A stretch of DNA of 63,935 nucleotides, the filler included, from Blastocystis sp. subtype 4 (lineage: Eukaryota): assembly GCF_000743755.1 (NCBI RefSeq). It is 3 parts of 3 records of this genome, joined end to end, with 100 filler letters (N's around TTAATTAATTAA, not from the genome) between each part and the next. Parts side by side here need not be neighbours in the genome. Positions count along the whole stretch, not along the records: positions 27,204 to 51,808 come from NW_014569389.1; 2 more parts are not named here. One strand, 5' to 3'. The position numbers were made by a program, and so were the translations under genes. Positions 37,466-49,109 of this stretch are shown in pieces (position 1 is the stretch's first letter; each line of letters starts with the position of its first letter). Below the pieces are notes generated by a model. It ran no database searches and was not told the DNA's origin. It was given only the letters and a program-made list of their open reading frames with translations.

Positions 37466-38221
37466 TTATTTCATCATTTGATTCACAATTTCATGACGCT
37501 TTCCCCACTTCCTTACTTTTTCGTTTAGTTCCCTTTCCTCCTCCTCTTGCTGTCTCGCTATTTCCTGCTTTGCCTGCTTTGCCTGCTCTCCAGCTTCTCT
37601 CCAAGCTTTAGAAGCTTTCGTATCGCCTGCAAAACTCGGTGGATTATCCTTGCTAATAGCTCGGGATTGCTGTGTTTTCACCTTATTTTGCTGTGTTTCA
37701 GACATTATCTTTGAACTTATCGTGTCCTTCATATAATGAGGAGGATTCTTGGGGTCCACTTTTCGGATGGATGCTGAACGAACTGGGGTTTTGGGATCCT
37801 CCCTTTTAGTGAGATACTTAAATGACATAGTTGGACGCATATACCTTGGGAGCTGCGGGCCTCCTGGTTTAGAACCATCATGTGGCTTATTGCCAGCACC
37901 TTTCACAACACTGATTCTTCTATCAACAGATTTTACAGGTAATGATTGGTCTAGGAGCTGCGGGCCTCCTGGTTTAGGACCATCATGTGGCTTATTGCCA
38001 GCACCTTTCACAACACTGATTCTTCTATCAACAGATTTTACAGGTAATGATTGGTCTAGGGGCTGTGGGTATTCTTCTGGTCTACGACCATCTTGTGGCT
38101 TGTTTCCAGAACCTTTCATACCTTCGTTATTTCCATCAGGATTACGACCTAATAGTTGGTCTACTGTATTTTTAATTCTAAGAATATTCTGATCAAACTT
38201 ACTTGGAGTCAAACCATCTTC
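37466..38221 (-). CDS. Basic repeat-containing hypothetical protein, possibly microtubule-associated; start unresolved
   Basis: 248-aa ORF with a 35-aa tandem repeat and PRYMRPTMS / PHYMKDTISS / PSFAGDTKAS motifs. Confidence 0.55.
   Translation of the reverse strand, partial: EDGLTPSKFDQNILRIKNTVDQLLGRNPDGNNEGMKGSGNKPQDGRRPEEYPQPLDQSLPVKSVDRRISVVKGAGNKPHDGPKPGGPQLLDQSLPVKSVDRRISVVKGAGNKPHDGSKPGGPQLPRYMRPTMSFKYLTKREDPKTPVRSASIRKVDPKNPPHYMKDTISSKIMSETQQNKVKTQQSRAISKDNPPSFAGDTKASKAWREAGEQAKQAKQEIARQQEEEERELNEKVRKWGKRHEIVNQMMK
37849..38118. repeat. 105-bp coding tandem repeat (two near-identical copies plus a degenerate third)
   Basis: GGAGCTGCGGGCCTCCTGGTTTAG... starts at 37849 and again at 37954. 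Confidence 0.92.
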
Positions 38222-38344
38222 ATACTCTTACTATTCTTCAGCCTTTAAATCCATATACTTCTTTTTCATCAGTAACGACGATGATACCTTTCTACTTATA
38301 CATTTCTGACCTTTGTGGGATCCCAACATGTTAACAAACAAGAA

Positions 38345-40603
38345 ACCACCAAGATGGTTTGGAAAACGGCGTAGTTTCGGGAGAATTCTGATATACAGTA
38401 ATTCCAGAAAACTCTTGTCCTGCAACTCGAGACTGAAGACATCTACAACTTACCACCACTACTCATATGCACTCTTCGACCACAGTATAATACTCTTTGA
38501 TTACACCATAGTATCGCTTTTCTGGTAGACCAGTTCCTAGAACAATCATGAATCCTTGAGGAGAGAAAAATGGTTTCAAGGGATTATAAAGGAGTTAACA
38601 AGTCTATCGAAAACAGGATATGGCATAAGCAACCTGAGGCTTTACATGTCCATCATTAATTACAACATCAAACTGTAGTTTTCGTGCTTGAACAGCAGAG
38701 ATATACGTTCGAAAAGAGTCAGCAGACTGCATCTGATTATGCCGTTCTACAGTGAAGCCGTAAGCATACACAATCTCCACGTTGGAATTACCCTCAAATT
38801 GCTTAGTCATTTCACTATTCCATTATATATCTTCTATTAAATCACTTTCGCATTCTTCCATCCCACAAGACAGTGATTACTTTCCGACATAGTTTAATCA
38901 GTACTCCTCTCACAGCACGATGGGAATAATGCAAACATACATCAGTAGGTTTGATATACTTTCTCATAATCGCTAATTCTTGCTCTAAATAACAATCATT
39001 GTAATGAACCCCATTGACAGCATGAGGCTGTAAGATCATTCGCGAATCTTCTGTTCGTTGCAACCATAATGGAGTATACTCAGTTCGACCCATGTACCAA
39101 TGATTTCCGATTCGATCCAAATTCCACCTCACATCTAGATTGCTCCGAAACCCCGCTTTGGCTCCATCTTTGTCAGTCTGATGAACGATCAGAACTATCC
39201 ATCACAAGAATAACAAGGTCACACTGGCATTAGTCGTATCGATCAGATCTATTTCATACTGACGATGATACACAAAATCAACCAAATAATTGTCATATCC
39301 AGGTCGACCAATCACAATATCAGGAATTGAACTCCATGGTATCGTATTCTTTGTAAAGAAGAAGTAATCTTCAGCATCCGTCTGGAACAAGTATCCCTGA
39401 TTAGCATACTTTGTGATCATCGCATCTTGAGCCTCAATTCCTGAAGGAATAGGCTTAATGTTCATATGATCATAATTCACTCTCCGACCTACAAAAAATA
39501 CCTTCGATTTCAGGACTCCACGTTGAATCTTCTCAGCAAGCGAATTCAATACAAGAATCAAATCAGAATGGAAGAGCAGATCTCCATTGCAGTAACCATA
39601 AAACACAGAGTCGTAGTGAGATTCCACATACTCCACCATTGGTTTGAACAAGGGAGTACCAAAAGGATTTGTTCTACAAATAAGGAGTTGGGATCACAAG
39701 AACTGGACATTGTGAATGACATGAATGTTTTTGAGATTCCATGCCGAGGAAACTCCTTTGTTATCGAAGAGAACCGTCCGAACGAAGGGAGCGAAAGAAT
39801 TAAGAACTTTGAGCGAATTCAATTGAATCATCTGTTTTGCAGGATCAGTGGATGCAATTACTGTAGTAGCTACTGTTAGTAGAGTTCTAGAAATGATGAG
39901 GTTATTTTAGAAATACTTGGTAAATTCAATCTACGAATCATCTCGCCAACTATTCTTCACCTGTTTCCTTTTCATATAATCAATGATAGGGTATTGTGAC
40001 GAAGAGATGAGAGGGAGAGTGGGAATGAAGGTAGGGTTGCTTTTAATTTCTGTAGGTGGAATCGTTGTTGCTGCTACAGTTGGAATCAAGGTAGTCATCG
40101 TTGTCGGATTCACCTTGACTGTAGGATTTACCATGATTGTTGGATTCACCTTGACTGTAGGATTCATCTTCATCGTTGTATTCACTCTCACCACTGAACT
40201 TATTCCACTGCTTGCAATGGGTTGAAAAACAGATCGAGTTGGCATACGACTAAACAAAACAGATGGAACCGGAGAGGGACGGTGAACCAATGTGTGATTC
40301 GAATATTCCTACAATAGACACAGATAAGTACTCCTACTATACCATGATTTTGCAACATGGAACTATGTGCCTAGTAACTATGAATCCAACATTACAAATT
40401 ACATTTTCGAACACCCAGACCTATTAATTAACGATAAAACAAAACACCTACAACTTGCTTCCCTTCCACAGACAAATTATTCAATCGTTTCTACAGGGAT
40501 CATTTGTAGAAACAAAAGATACACAGAGAAAGATACAAAGCATCCACATCGGGAAAAAGACACAATAGCCAAAAAAGGAATACAGTCGACTCGTTGTTAC
40601 CAT
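38345..40603 (-). CDS. Type II membrane glycosyltransferase-like (GT-A) protein with C-terminal methyltransferase-like domain and Thr/Pro-rich stem
   Basis: N-terminal TM; NPTVKV-type repeats; YGYCNGDLLF, PDIVIGRPGYDNYLV; FDVVINDGHVKP. Confidence 0.6.
38580..38621 (-). other. Putative U12-type intron with AT-CC (or AT-AT) termini (42 nt)
   Basis: 5' ATATCCTG, branch-like CTCCTTTAT; removes in-frame stops and gives VAYA|LKPFFSPQG. Confidence 0.55.
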
Positions 40604-40801
40604 CTCCACACAAGAATAGAGATGAAAAACTGTGAATCACCTAATGACAAAAGTGAAAATGACAAGGATACAACGCTTCGGATCTCTTCTATCGTTCAAT
40701 GTGAATCATTTCCTTGATCCACAGGGATTCATTTTGAATGTCGAATTCCCGCGATTCTATTCTACAATAGTTTTCTCTACTAACTTGAAACACCTTTCGT
40801 A

Positions 40802-41374
40802 ATGGTACGTTTGTTGACACTCACAAGCGACTCTAACCTTTTTGGTAGGCTCTTGTTAATCAGGGAGAGTTCCAGCACATTCTCCGTGTGCTCAACACTA
40901 ACATCGATGGAAAGCAGAAAATCGTGTATGCTCTGACATCTATTAAGGGTATTGGTCGTCGTTTTGCCACTGCTGTGTGCAAGAAGGCTGAAGTTGATAT
41001 CCGCAAGCGGTACTTGGTGATTCTATATGAAATGATTTTTTAGTGCTGGAGAGCTGAGCAACGATGAAATTGATAGACTGATTGCCGTTATCTCGAGCCC
41101 TCTGCAGTACAACATTCCCGAATGGTTCTTGAACAGACAGAAGGATGTTGAGACTGGAAAGTACAAGCAGATCGTTGCTAACAACCTCCAGGCCAATCTC
41201 CGTGAGGATCTGAACCGTCTGAAGAAGATGCGGTAGGAGAAGATGTGAGATAGTGATAGTTAGTGCTAACCGTGGTCTTCGTCACTATTGGAACTTGAAG
41301 GTCCGTGGTCAGCACACCAAGACCACTGGTCGTTTCGGAAAGTCTGTGGGTGTCTCTGCTCTGCCAAGAAGTAA
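40802..41374 (+). CDS. RPS18: 40S ribosomal protein S18 (uS13), with an apparent frameshift just before the stop
   Basis: [49 protein letters not shown]; intron directly after the ATG. Confidence 0.95.
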
Positions 41375-41408
41375 AGATACTGTTGATGCGACTGAAAGGT
41401 GGATGGAG

Positions 41409-41425
41409 TGTTTGTTGAACAAACA
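41409..41425. terminator. Back-to-back bidirectional GU-rich polyadenylation elements TGTTTGTT-G-AACAAACA
   Basis: Perfect inverted pair lying between convergent RPS18 and the 41430-42894 gene. Confidence 0.8.
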
Positions 41426-41429
41426 TAGC

Positions 41430-42894
41430 ACGAAAATTGCCGAATTCGTTCACTCAGCTCTCTCTCTAGTTCCCGTTCCAGTTCTGAAACAGTTCGTGCC
41501 CTTCGAGGCATTGGGTCGATTGGCAATAACTGTAAGGGATTCTGATAAGGATCTGAAGCTACCACTGTTTCTGTTGTGATGTGTCCATGAGAAGTCTCCT
41601 CTGATTCCCCATCGGGATACAACTGCGATACACGAGCCGACGAATGATACGACAGCTGTGTGATAGAACTATTCGAGAAATGAGAAGCCTCTGTCTCTGA
41701 GGAGTCACAATCTTCATCATCAGTAAAGTTGTATTGGGCAGCATTCACAGCTTTGTGATTCAGTACAAACTCTCTTCCAGTGGCTATTGCTGACAACTTG
41801 TCAATCGAGGGAGTCGGAGCTGGTGGCTGTTTCGATTCTGCTAATGGTCCTGAAACAGTCATATTCCCAACAGGAGATAATGGCCTTGAAGTGTGGACCT
41901 TTTCTGTTTGCATTGGCCGAGATGCCAGAGTTGTCCCAAGAGGATTTGGAGAAATGTAAGAGAGAACGGGGGACACAGCAGGATTGCCATATTCGGACTG
42001 TTCTCTTTCTCTCATCAATGCCTCCACAAAGGCATCATCTTCTTCCTGTTGCTCCAGAACACATGGCAAATGTAATGAATCAGACATTCGTGGTTCTTTC
42101 ATTGTTAGCGGAGGTAGAGCTAAGGGGTCCGTCACATTCACATCCTCAATTGGTGTCTCTTCGACCTGTTCTGCTGAAACCAGCTCTTGTACACGGTTGG
42201 GAATAGGAGTAGTTGGTGGAGTAGGAGTATGCGATAACACGCGAACAGAACGAAGTGTATCGTAATCATCCAGTTTGCCTGACAAGAACAACTCCAATGT
42301 ACTTGCATCCATCTCCAAATCCTTTTCTAAACTATTGGTAGGTTCTAAAGCCGGCTTGGGAGGAGACTTTGATAGTGGAGGTAGCATTAATGATTGGACA
42401 TCGAGAACTTGCTTTGAAGATAACTGAATGGCAGAACCACGAGGAGAAGGATCAAGAAGGGAAGGAGCGTCCAAAGAGTCGCCGACAGAAGAAGCAGGCA
42501 AACGACCACTTCCATGAGAATGGAGATATATATGAGGTAGATCCAAATCTGCTCTACAATGAAAACAACCTAAATGAATTACAATTGGCTTAGTTTATCA
42601 TAGGAGAGGGAACGAAACAATCTACATTCTTAGAATCTGACAATATACGCACCTTGGAGAAGTCTGCCGGAATTTCTACAATTCATTTCCTAACACAATG
42701 CTTACATTCCATGCTTTGCAGTGATATGTGTTTTTATGTTTCTCAATGTAATCTTGTTGTTCAGGCGTTCTACCAATTACAATAGTCATATGAATCACAA
42801 CAAGGATGATAAAAAATCAGAATACATCAATTCGAGTGTCCTTGGTCCATCTCTCTACTCCTCACTTCATGCATCCTATTCCTACCAAATCCAT
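41430..42894 (-). CDS. Low-complexity Ser/Pro-rich hypothetical protein; 5' exons unresolved
   Basis: Long exon 41430-42550; ends ERIRQFS followed by T + GCTA + TGTTTGTT. Confidence 0.55.
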
Positions 42895-42972
42895 GATATA
42901 GGGCCACACAGAAGTCTAAAAATTCGAAAATCAGTGAGTAGCCGAAGGAAATGTGGACAAAACAAACACCCA

Positions 42973-44004
42973 ACGAATGCTTCTTCTTTTGATGCCTTCT
43001 TCGCTTGCGCAGATTCTCGCCTTCTTCACCGAGATCTCCCGTTACCAGACTTGTATAATCAATACTATCAACAGACCAAGTTCTCGGAGCACGCCCACGT
43101 AAAGCCTGATCAATGGACATCGTTCTTCCCTTTTCGACCAATTCTGTATTTGCCTTCTCTGTAACAATCCCCAGACTCTTCATTTCCTCTGACACTTCTG
43201 GAAGCGATATATCTTTTGAATCCTTCACGATCGAATACAATTCCTCCTTCGAGTAATGAATGAAACCACCCTCATATCCAGCAGGTTTGGACACAGTAAT
43301 TACTAAGGGAAGTGTCGAAGGACCCATCATTTGGCCATAATAGCCGAAACTATGTTACTATGCAAAAATAGCACCTACTCTAAACCATTGGGCAAACCAA
43401 TACTACCCCAAGATGTAAAACCTCCTTCAGGAGTGAAGGGAGAAGCAGCACTCGAGAGTTTCCGAGGAACTTGACAAGCATTCACTTGCTTCATCAACTC
43501 CTTCTTATAGAACTCGCTCTTCATGCGAGCTTTCACAGGTTCACCCAGAAGGGACGAAGTCTGTAAGACCGAAATGGCTTTCATTGCCTTTTCTTCATTA
43601 GGATATTGCAGGAACCAACTATTTGCAACCTCCTTCTTTATAGTAACTGTTGGATCTTGTACTAATCTCGCAACATCATCTTCTGTTGCCTGTTCTGGAA
43701 TATCCCGTAGGATTACTGTCCGGCGTTCAACTGGAATAGCAAGTCGAACCATCGAATTATCTTGAGATAGAGAATACTCGGGACATGCATTCAAAAGCTC
43801 GATTAATTGAGAAGATGAGTCCTGCAAAGACGGTTGGTTTAGAAGAAAGGACAAAGGCATGTATCCTTCCTCATCCAACTCTTCCAAGAGTTCTGGATGC
43901 TGAGCAAGCGCCTGGATCGATAAAAACTTCTCTACCTATGCCTCATAAACAGAATACATCCAAACCTCCAAGAGAAGATGTTGGGTGGAATCGCTTGTTG
44001 ACAT
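42973..44004 (-). CDS. La-related protein (LARP4-like: La motif, RRM, PAM2-like motif)
   Basis: Degenerate La motif EVEKFLS..ELDEEGYMPL; RRM RTVILRDIPEQATEDDV; KLSSAASPFTP. Confidence 0.72.
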
Positions 44005-44187
44005 ACTTGGAAATACTGAAATAGAACAAAAACAAATTGAATCTCCTTTGAATAAGTGAGATATTGACAAAGAATCTTTCATCGATGAAACTCCCTTATT
44101 CAATAGGTATCTCTATCTTTATCTAAAGACTCTCTAATGGTAGCAAATCTCCACCTTATATATCTGTAAATATCTAACAAACAAATG

Positions 44188-44695
44188 AGGTTACATGATC
44201 TAATGTGAAAAATGAGGAAGAAAACTCTGTTTCGACAAGTGAGAAAATGCTTCGAGCCACTTATTCAGTACTTCAGAACTCTCTACTGTGAGTTGTACCG
44301 ATAACGGATATCTAAGGCTAATCGATCGAAATCCTTGCATTACGCATGAACAGCAAGTTGGAACTTTCCACGAGAATCATTCTTGGAGATACTGAATTCC
44401 TCTAGCAAGATTATTCCAATCGGTTTGGATCCCGATGTAAAGGATTCTTCCGTTTCGTAATAGGACAAAGAATCGGTTAGCACAAAGTAGAATCGTTTTT
44501 GTCCAATTTTATATCCAATATTCTCTCCAGTAGCTAGTGCATATCCCTGCATAAGGACTTGATGATTCGATGGAATCATGACAATCACAAATTGTTATTC
44601 TGGAATAATCCTATTTTGAGTCCGTTTAGAAAAGGATTCAAAATAGGATTGGAAGAGGAATTAAGTATGTTGTTGCCTTTTGGTGTATTTGCCAT
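44188..44695 (-). CDS. Small PH-domain protein
   Basis: QKRFYFVLTDSLSYYETE..KPIGIILL, C-terminal EVLNKWLEAF. Confidence 0.65.
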
Positions 44696-44981
44696 ACTTC
44701 ATTGATTTAGTTAGTTTTGGATGGCAGTATAATATACTGTTTGAGTTATGATTTTCAAACAAACAACCTGCTTTTCCTACATATGGAGTGCTGAAAAGGC
44801 AAACAGTGAGGTTTCTGACTTGCTACAGATATCACTCAAAATTCATTATCTCATTTGGTGTAGACAGAATCGGTTGTTTGTGGTAATTCTTCTGTTGTTT
44901 CCTTTTCATTATGGAATCATCATAACTATCTCAGAGTCGTTTGTTGACAGACTATTTAATGCAAAAATAAACATTACCACT

Positions 44982-45626
44982 TCATTTCTCTGTTAACCCC
45001 AAATATTCACATAATTGTTTGTATGCAGACTCTACACTGTCGTAGTGAACGATCAATGAAAAAGGAAGACGATGAGCTAAGTCCATCTCCTTCTGACTAT
45101 TCTGTAAACGCATCTGAATCGTATTTTCATCTTCACTACCACGTTTATGTAATCGTTGGGACAAGACTTCCAAACTAGGTGGTTCTAACCAAATCCAAGA
45201 AGCACAATAACCACCTTTCATCAAATCTTGTACTCCTTGAACATCAATATCCAAGACACAAACACGATTCCTCTCAATCACGTCAATCACACTTCGTATA
45301 GATGTTCCATATAAATGACCATGGACACATTCAAATTCCAAAAACTGTTTCCTGTCAATTGCCTTTCTCATGGATGCATCGGTAGTGAAGTGGTAATCAA
45401 TCTATAAATCATTCATGTCGCAAATATAGCACTCCATCCACTTCAGAATCCCGTTTAGGTCGAGTTGTATGACTAACAGAATAACCATACCGTTCTGGAT
45501 GCCTTTTCATTAACTGTTTTATTAGTGTAGTCTTTCCAACACCACTTGGACCACAGACTACAGAATGATCAGTCTCAGTCAATCGTCACAAACTAGAAGT
45601 GACTTTGGTGTAATCACTTTTGACAT
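44982..45626 (-). CDS. GUK1: Guanylate kinase
   Basis: [40 protein letters not shown]. Confidence 0.93.
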
Positions 45627-45668
45627 GTATTCTGGTGACAGAACCCGATTCATTATCACCAGCAAATA

Positions 45669-46924
45669 ATGATGAACTTCTCCTCCATTCTCGTTGTTTT
45701 CATTATTTTCTTCTTTTCCCTGTCAATTCAACAATTGTATCATGCTGCTTTGGAAAAACAAGAACAAGCATGTCATTCTCTATCCTGCGGCAATTGCACA
45801 TTTTCAAAACCTAGTGCAACTGTGGAAAAGGATATTCCTACTTCGGGTAACCTGAGTAGAATGAAAGTAGACGAAGATAGTCATTTCAAAACTGTTAATC
45901 CAACCTACCCTAAGAGGAAGATAATATTCAAGGAGAATGAAGCCTTTGGAATAGGTAACGTATATCGATCATTAGCTTCTGTATATTTACTCTCCCTTGT
46001 GACACATCGTCAGTTTTTAGGTAGAACTTGGGCCTACCGCCTTATTTGTAGTTGATTCTTCCTCCTATTTTCTGTACTTCAAACCAAATGTTTCAGATAT
46101 TTATCCTGTCGATTCTGGAAGTAAGAGTACATAGTATGGATTCCTTTGTAGCTTATTGTATCAATAAATCGATGATTTGGTATGATCACACCATTGGTGA
46201 TTATTACCTTGATAAGAGCTTTACTGGAAGGAATCTTAATGAATTATGGAAGGAAGATTTAGTTGTCTTCAACTCAATAACTGATATGAGTCACCTCATT
46301 TTAGACAATGAGGAACACATGCAGGTGATGTTTAAGTTGGGAATAGCGAAGAGCTCATCTGATTACAATACTCGACACTATGAACTGCTTCACTATGCCT
46401 ATCAAGTTCTCTTCATCAATACTGATGTGTTTATGGCAACATTGGATCAATGGAGACCACAATTTCGGAAACATCGTATTGGAGTTCAGTTCCGAACTGG
46501 AGGAAAACTAGCAAATACTCGAGAGGGCGCTGGATATCTTGATTTAGGGGATATTCCACTGTGTGTGAAGACGATTCGGGAATATTGTCAGATGATGAAT
46601 TATACCATGGATGTAGTCACAATTCATGTGTCTACAGATAGTGATGATGTGTTAAAGGTATTTCAACGGGAATTTGCAGATAGTGTGTTCATTCCTCCAT
46701 TTCATTCTGTCTCTCACACTTCGTTCGTTATGTCCAGAAAGCGTTTTGAGGGTTACTACAGCGCATTGATCGATATTGCATTGTTACGAGAGTGTGAGTA
46801 CTTGATATTGACCTGGTGGAGCTCCTTTGGCTGGGCCAGTGGTATGCAAATGAAGGAATGGAATGGTGTTTATCTGTTGCATGGGCAACCTAATGTGAAG
46901 AAAGTGGTGCATCTCATTCTATAA
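45669..46924 (+). CDS. Fucosyltransferase-superfamily (alpha-1,2/alpha-1,6/O-FucT-like) type II membrane protein
   Basis: TM; GIGNVYRSLASVYLLS; motif I IGVQFRTG, motif II HVSTDS, motif III DIALLRECEYLILTWWSSFG. Confidence 0.7.
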
Positions 46925-46934
46925 GAAACAGACA

Positions 46935-48171
46935 AAACCAAAGGTTGTTGTGTTGAAAGAAGACTTTCCTGTTTCTTTTTCAGGCGATTGTTGATCACAA
47001 GCACATCCACCAGGACAATTACCATTAACAAAACAACAAGACGATATCCCCATTCGACACCAACTCGTTTCATAATGACTCCAACAAGGAGTTGGATGGT
47101 TTGACTCACAATCATATACATGAACATGATCACACAAGTACACTTGTCAACATCCTTCCCAAAATATGTCATTGCAATGGTAAGCAATGTAGGAAACAAG
47201 GGTGCAATGAAAAAGCCTGATGCTATCAAGCAATACACTCCCTTCTCACCCAAAATGAATCCAGTCACAAACACACAAATCAGTGTACAGATATAAATAA
47301 CAAGAGATCGAATTCCTCCAAGTCGATCAATCAAGAATCCACTCACCAGACGAGAAATAGTGTATACAAGGAAAAAGGCTGATACAAAACCTGCCCCTTT
47401 GGTTTCAGGGTCCCAACCATACAAATCGCGCAGATACACTGGAGCCCAGTTCATGGTAATGTTTTCCGTACCAGCGATACAGCCTTGTGCTAAGCCCATC
47501 AGCCATACAACTGGATGGCAGAGAGCAGTTCGGATTGTGAAGGTTGACTCAGATGAAGATTCCACTTCTTCTGTTTTAGATTCGGATTTGGGAATAAAAA
47601 GTGTGGCAAGCAGAGCTGTTCCACAGATACCCAAAATGGCAATAAGAACACCACGATAACTCATCTTCAAATGAAGACTGATAAAACCTGTAAAGATGGG
47701 TCCGATTGTCGCTCCAAGACCATAAAAACAATGAAGGAGATTCATCATTGTCGCCTTGTGCGACTGGAAGAGAACCGTCGCCCAGGTGTTGATGCCCACA
47801 TCCAAGAATACCATACCAATTCCAGCAATCACCAACACTGTTACAATACAACCAATGTGTACAATAGCGATACCAACAGAATATGACAACACCATGATAA
47901 GAAATCCAATCGATAATGTCCATCGAATTCCAATCTTAACTGTGAGATAACCAACAAAGAGAGAAAACAGCGTATATCCTAATGATGCAGTAAAGACTAA
48001 TAAACCCTGATAGTCATACTCTAAATGATAGAATTTTTGGATCAAAGGAAGATAGACTGATTTGGAAGCATCTGTACCACCAAAGGCTAAAAAGGCATAG
48101 TAACATATAAAACAACATGCCAACTGTTTTAGCGTATATCCAAAGTAAGTTTTAGGGGGTTCAGTTTCCAT
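46935..48171 (-). CDS. MFS transporter (FucP/BSC6-like)
   Basis: About 12 hydrophobic segments; MMNLLHCFYGLGATIGP, SGFLIDRLG, APLFPT; intronless; start METEPPK. Confidence 0.88.
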
Positions 48172-48233
48172 TGAAAGGATTTGTGTTCTTTCAGAACACA
48201 ATTCAAGATATGCAAGTATCAAACAAACATAGA

Positions 48234-49028
48234 ATTTATTATTCATAAAGTAGTCAATACCATAACGATTAATAATGCAAACATGCTTCATATCTCGGTA
48301 GGCTTGATTGTAATCAATACCATAACCAACCTATATGTTCGTCTCCAGGATATTCCTACGATAAAGAAGTTCGGAATAACAAAGCCACAGTAATTACCTT
48401 GATATCCATTACTCAGAGGAGTATTCTTTTCAAACAACACACATGACTACTATAGATAGAACCATTAAATCCCTACAGAAACAGATTTTACCCCATATGA
48501 ATGGAAGTATGGAATGAGTTCTGACATTGTTTTGCCTGTATCTATGATATCTTCTACAATGATCACATTCCGTCCTTTCAATGATTCCATATTGCATCCC
48601 TCGATCTTTACTAGTTGAAAACACGATCAGAGAGTCCTACCATTTCCTGTTGATGAAGTTCCTTCATAACTCTTGGCTTTCACAAAATCATAGGAAAATT
48701 GGACCTTCAATACTTGCAACTGGCGAACAAGTTCAGAGAAAAATGTGTGAGCACCCTTTCATATAATCACTCTCCAATATCTACCTTCAAGACGCACAAC
48801 AGATGCAAACGCTCTCCAGGAAAATCCTGACTAATATCATAAGCCAACTTGGCAGTTCGGTCCTTGATCATTCCTTGGGTCAACAGAACATGAGCGATCT
48901 TGTCCTAAACATCATTCCCACAGATGAAAACTCACTCGGTAGAACTCTGGAATGAAAAAGCTATTTGCTGGCATAAAGTTCTTTTCAGTGAGAACTACAA
49001 CTCCTTTTCGCTCATTGGGCCTTCTCAT
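48234..49028 (-). CDS. HPRT: Hypoxanthine-guanine phosphoribosyltransferase
   Basis: Spliced: IKDRTAKLA, LCVLK|GAHTFF, KSYEGTSSTG, VIIVEDIIDTGKT, VGYGIDYNQAYRDMKHVCII; no genomic stop codon. Confidence 0.93.
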
Positions 49029-49109
49029 TTGTTGAATTTGACAACACTGAGTAATTGCCGTTTCTTCCTCTTTTATTTCTGAGTGAAACGCCTTTCCTTT
49101 TCATCAAAG

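Noticed and set aside
41266..41430. Apparent antisense coding overlap between the 426-aa ORF and RPS18
   Set aside because: Disappears if the stop is poly(A)-completed at 41430.
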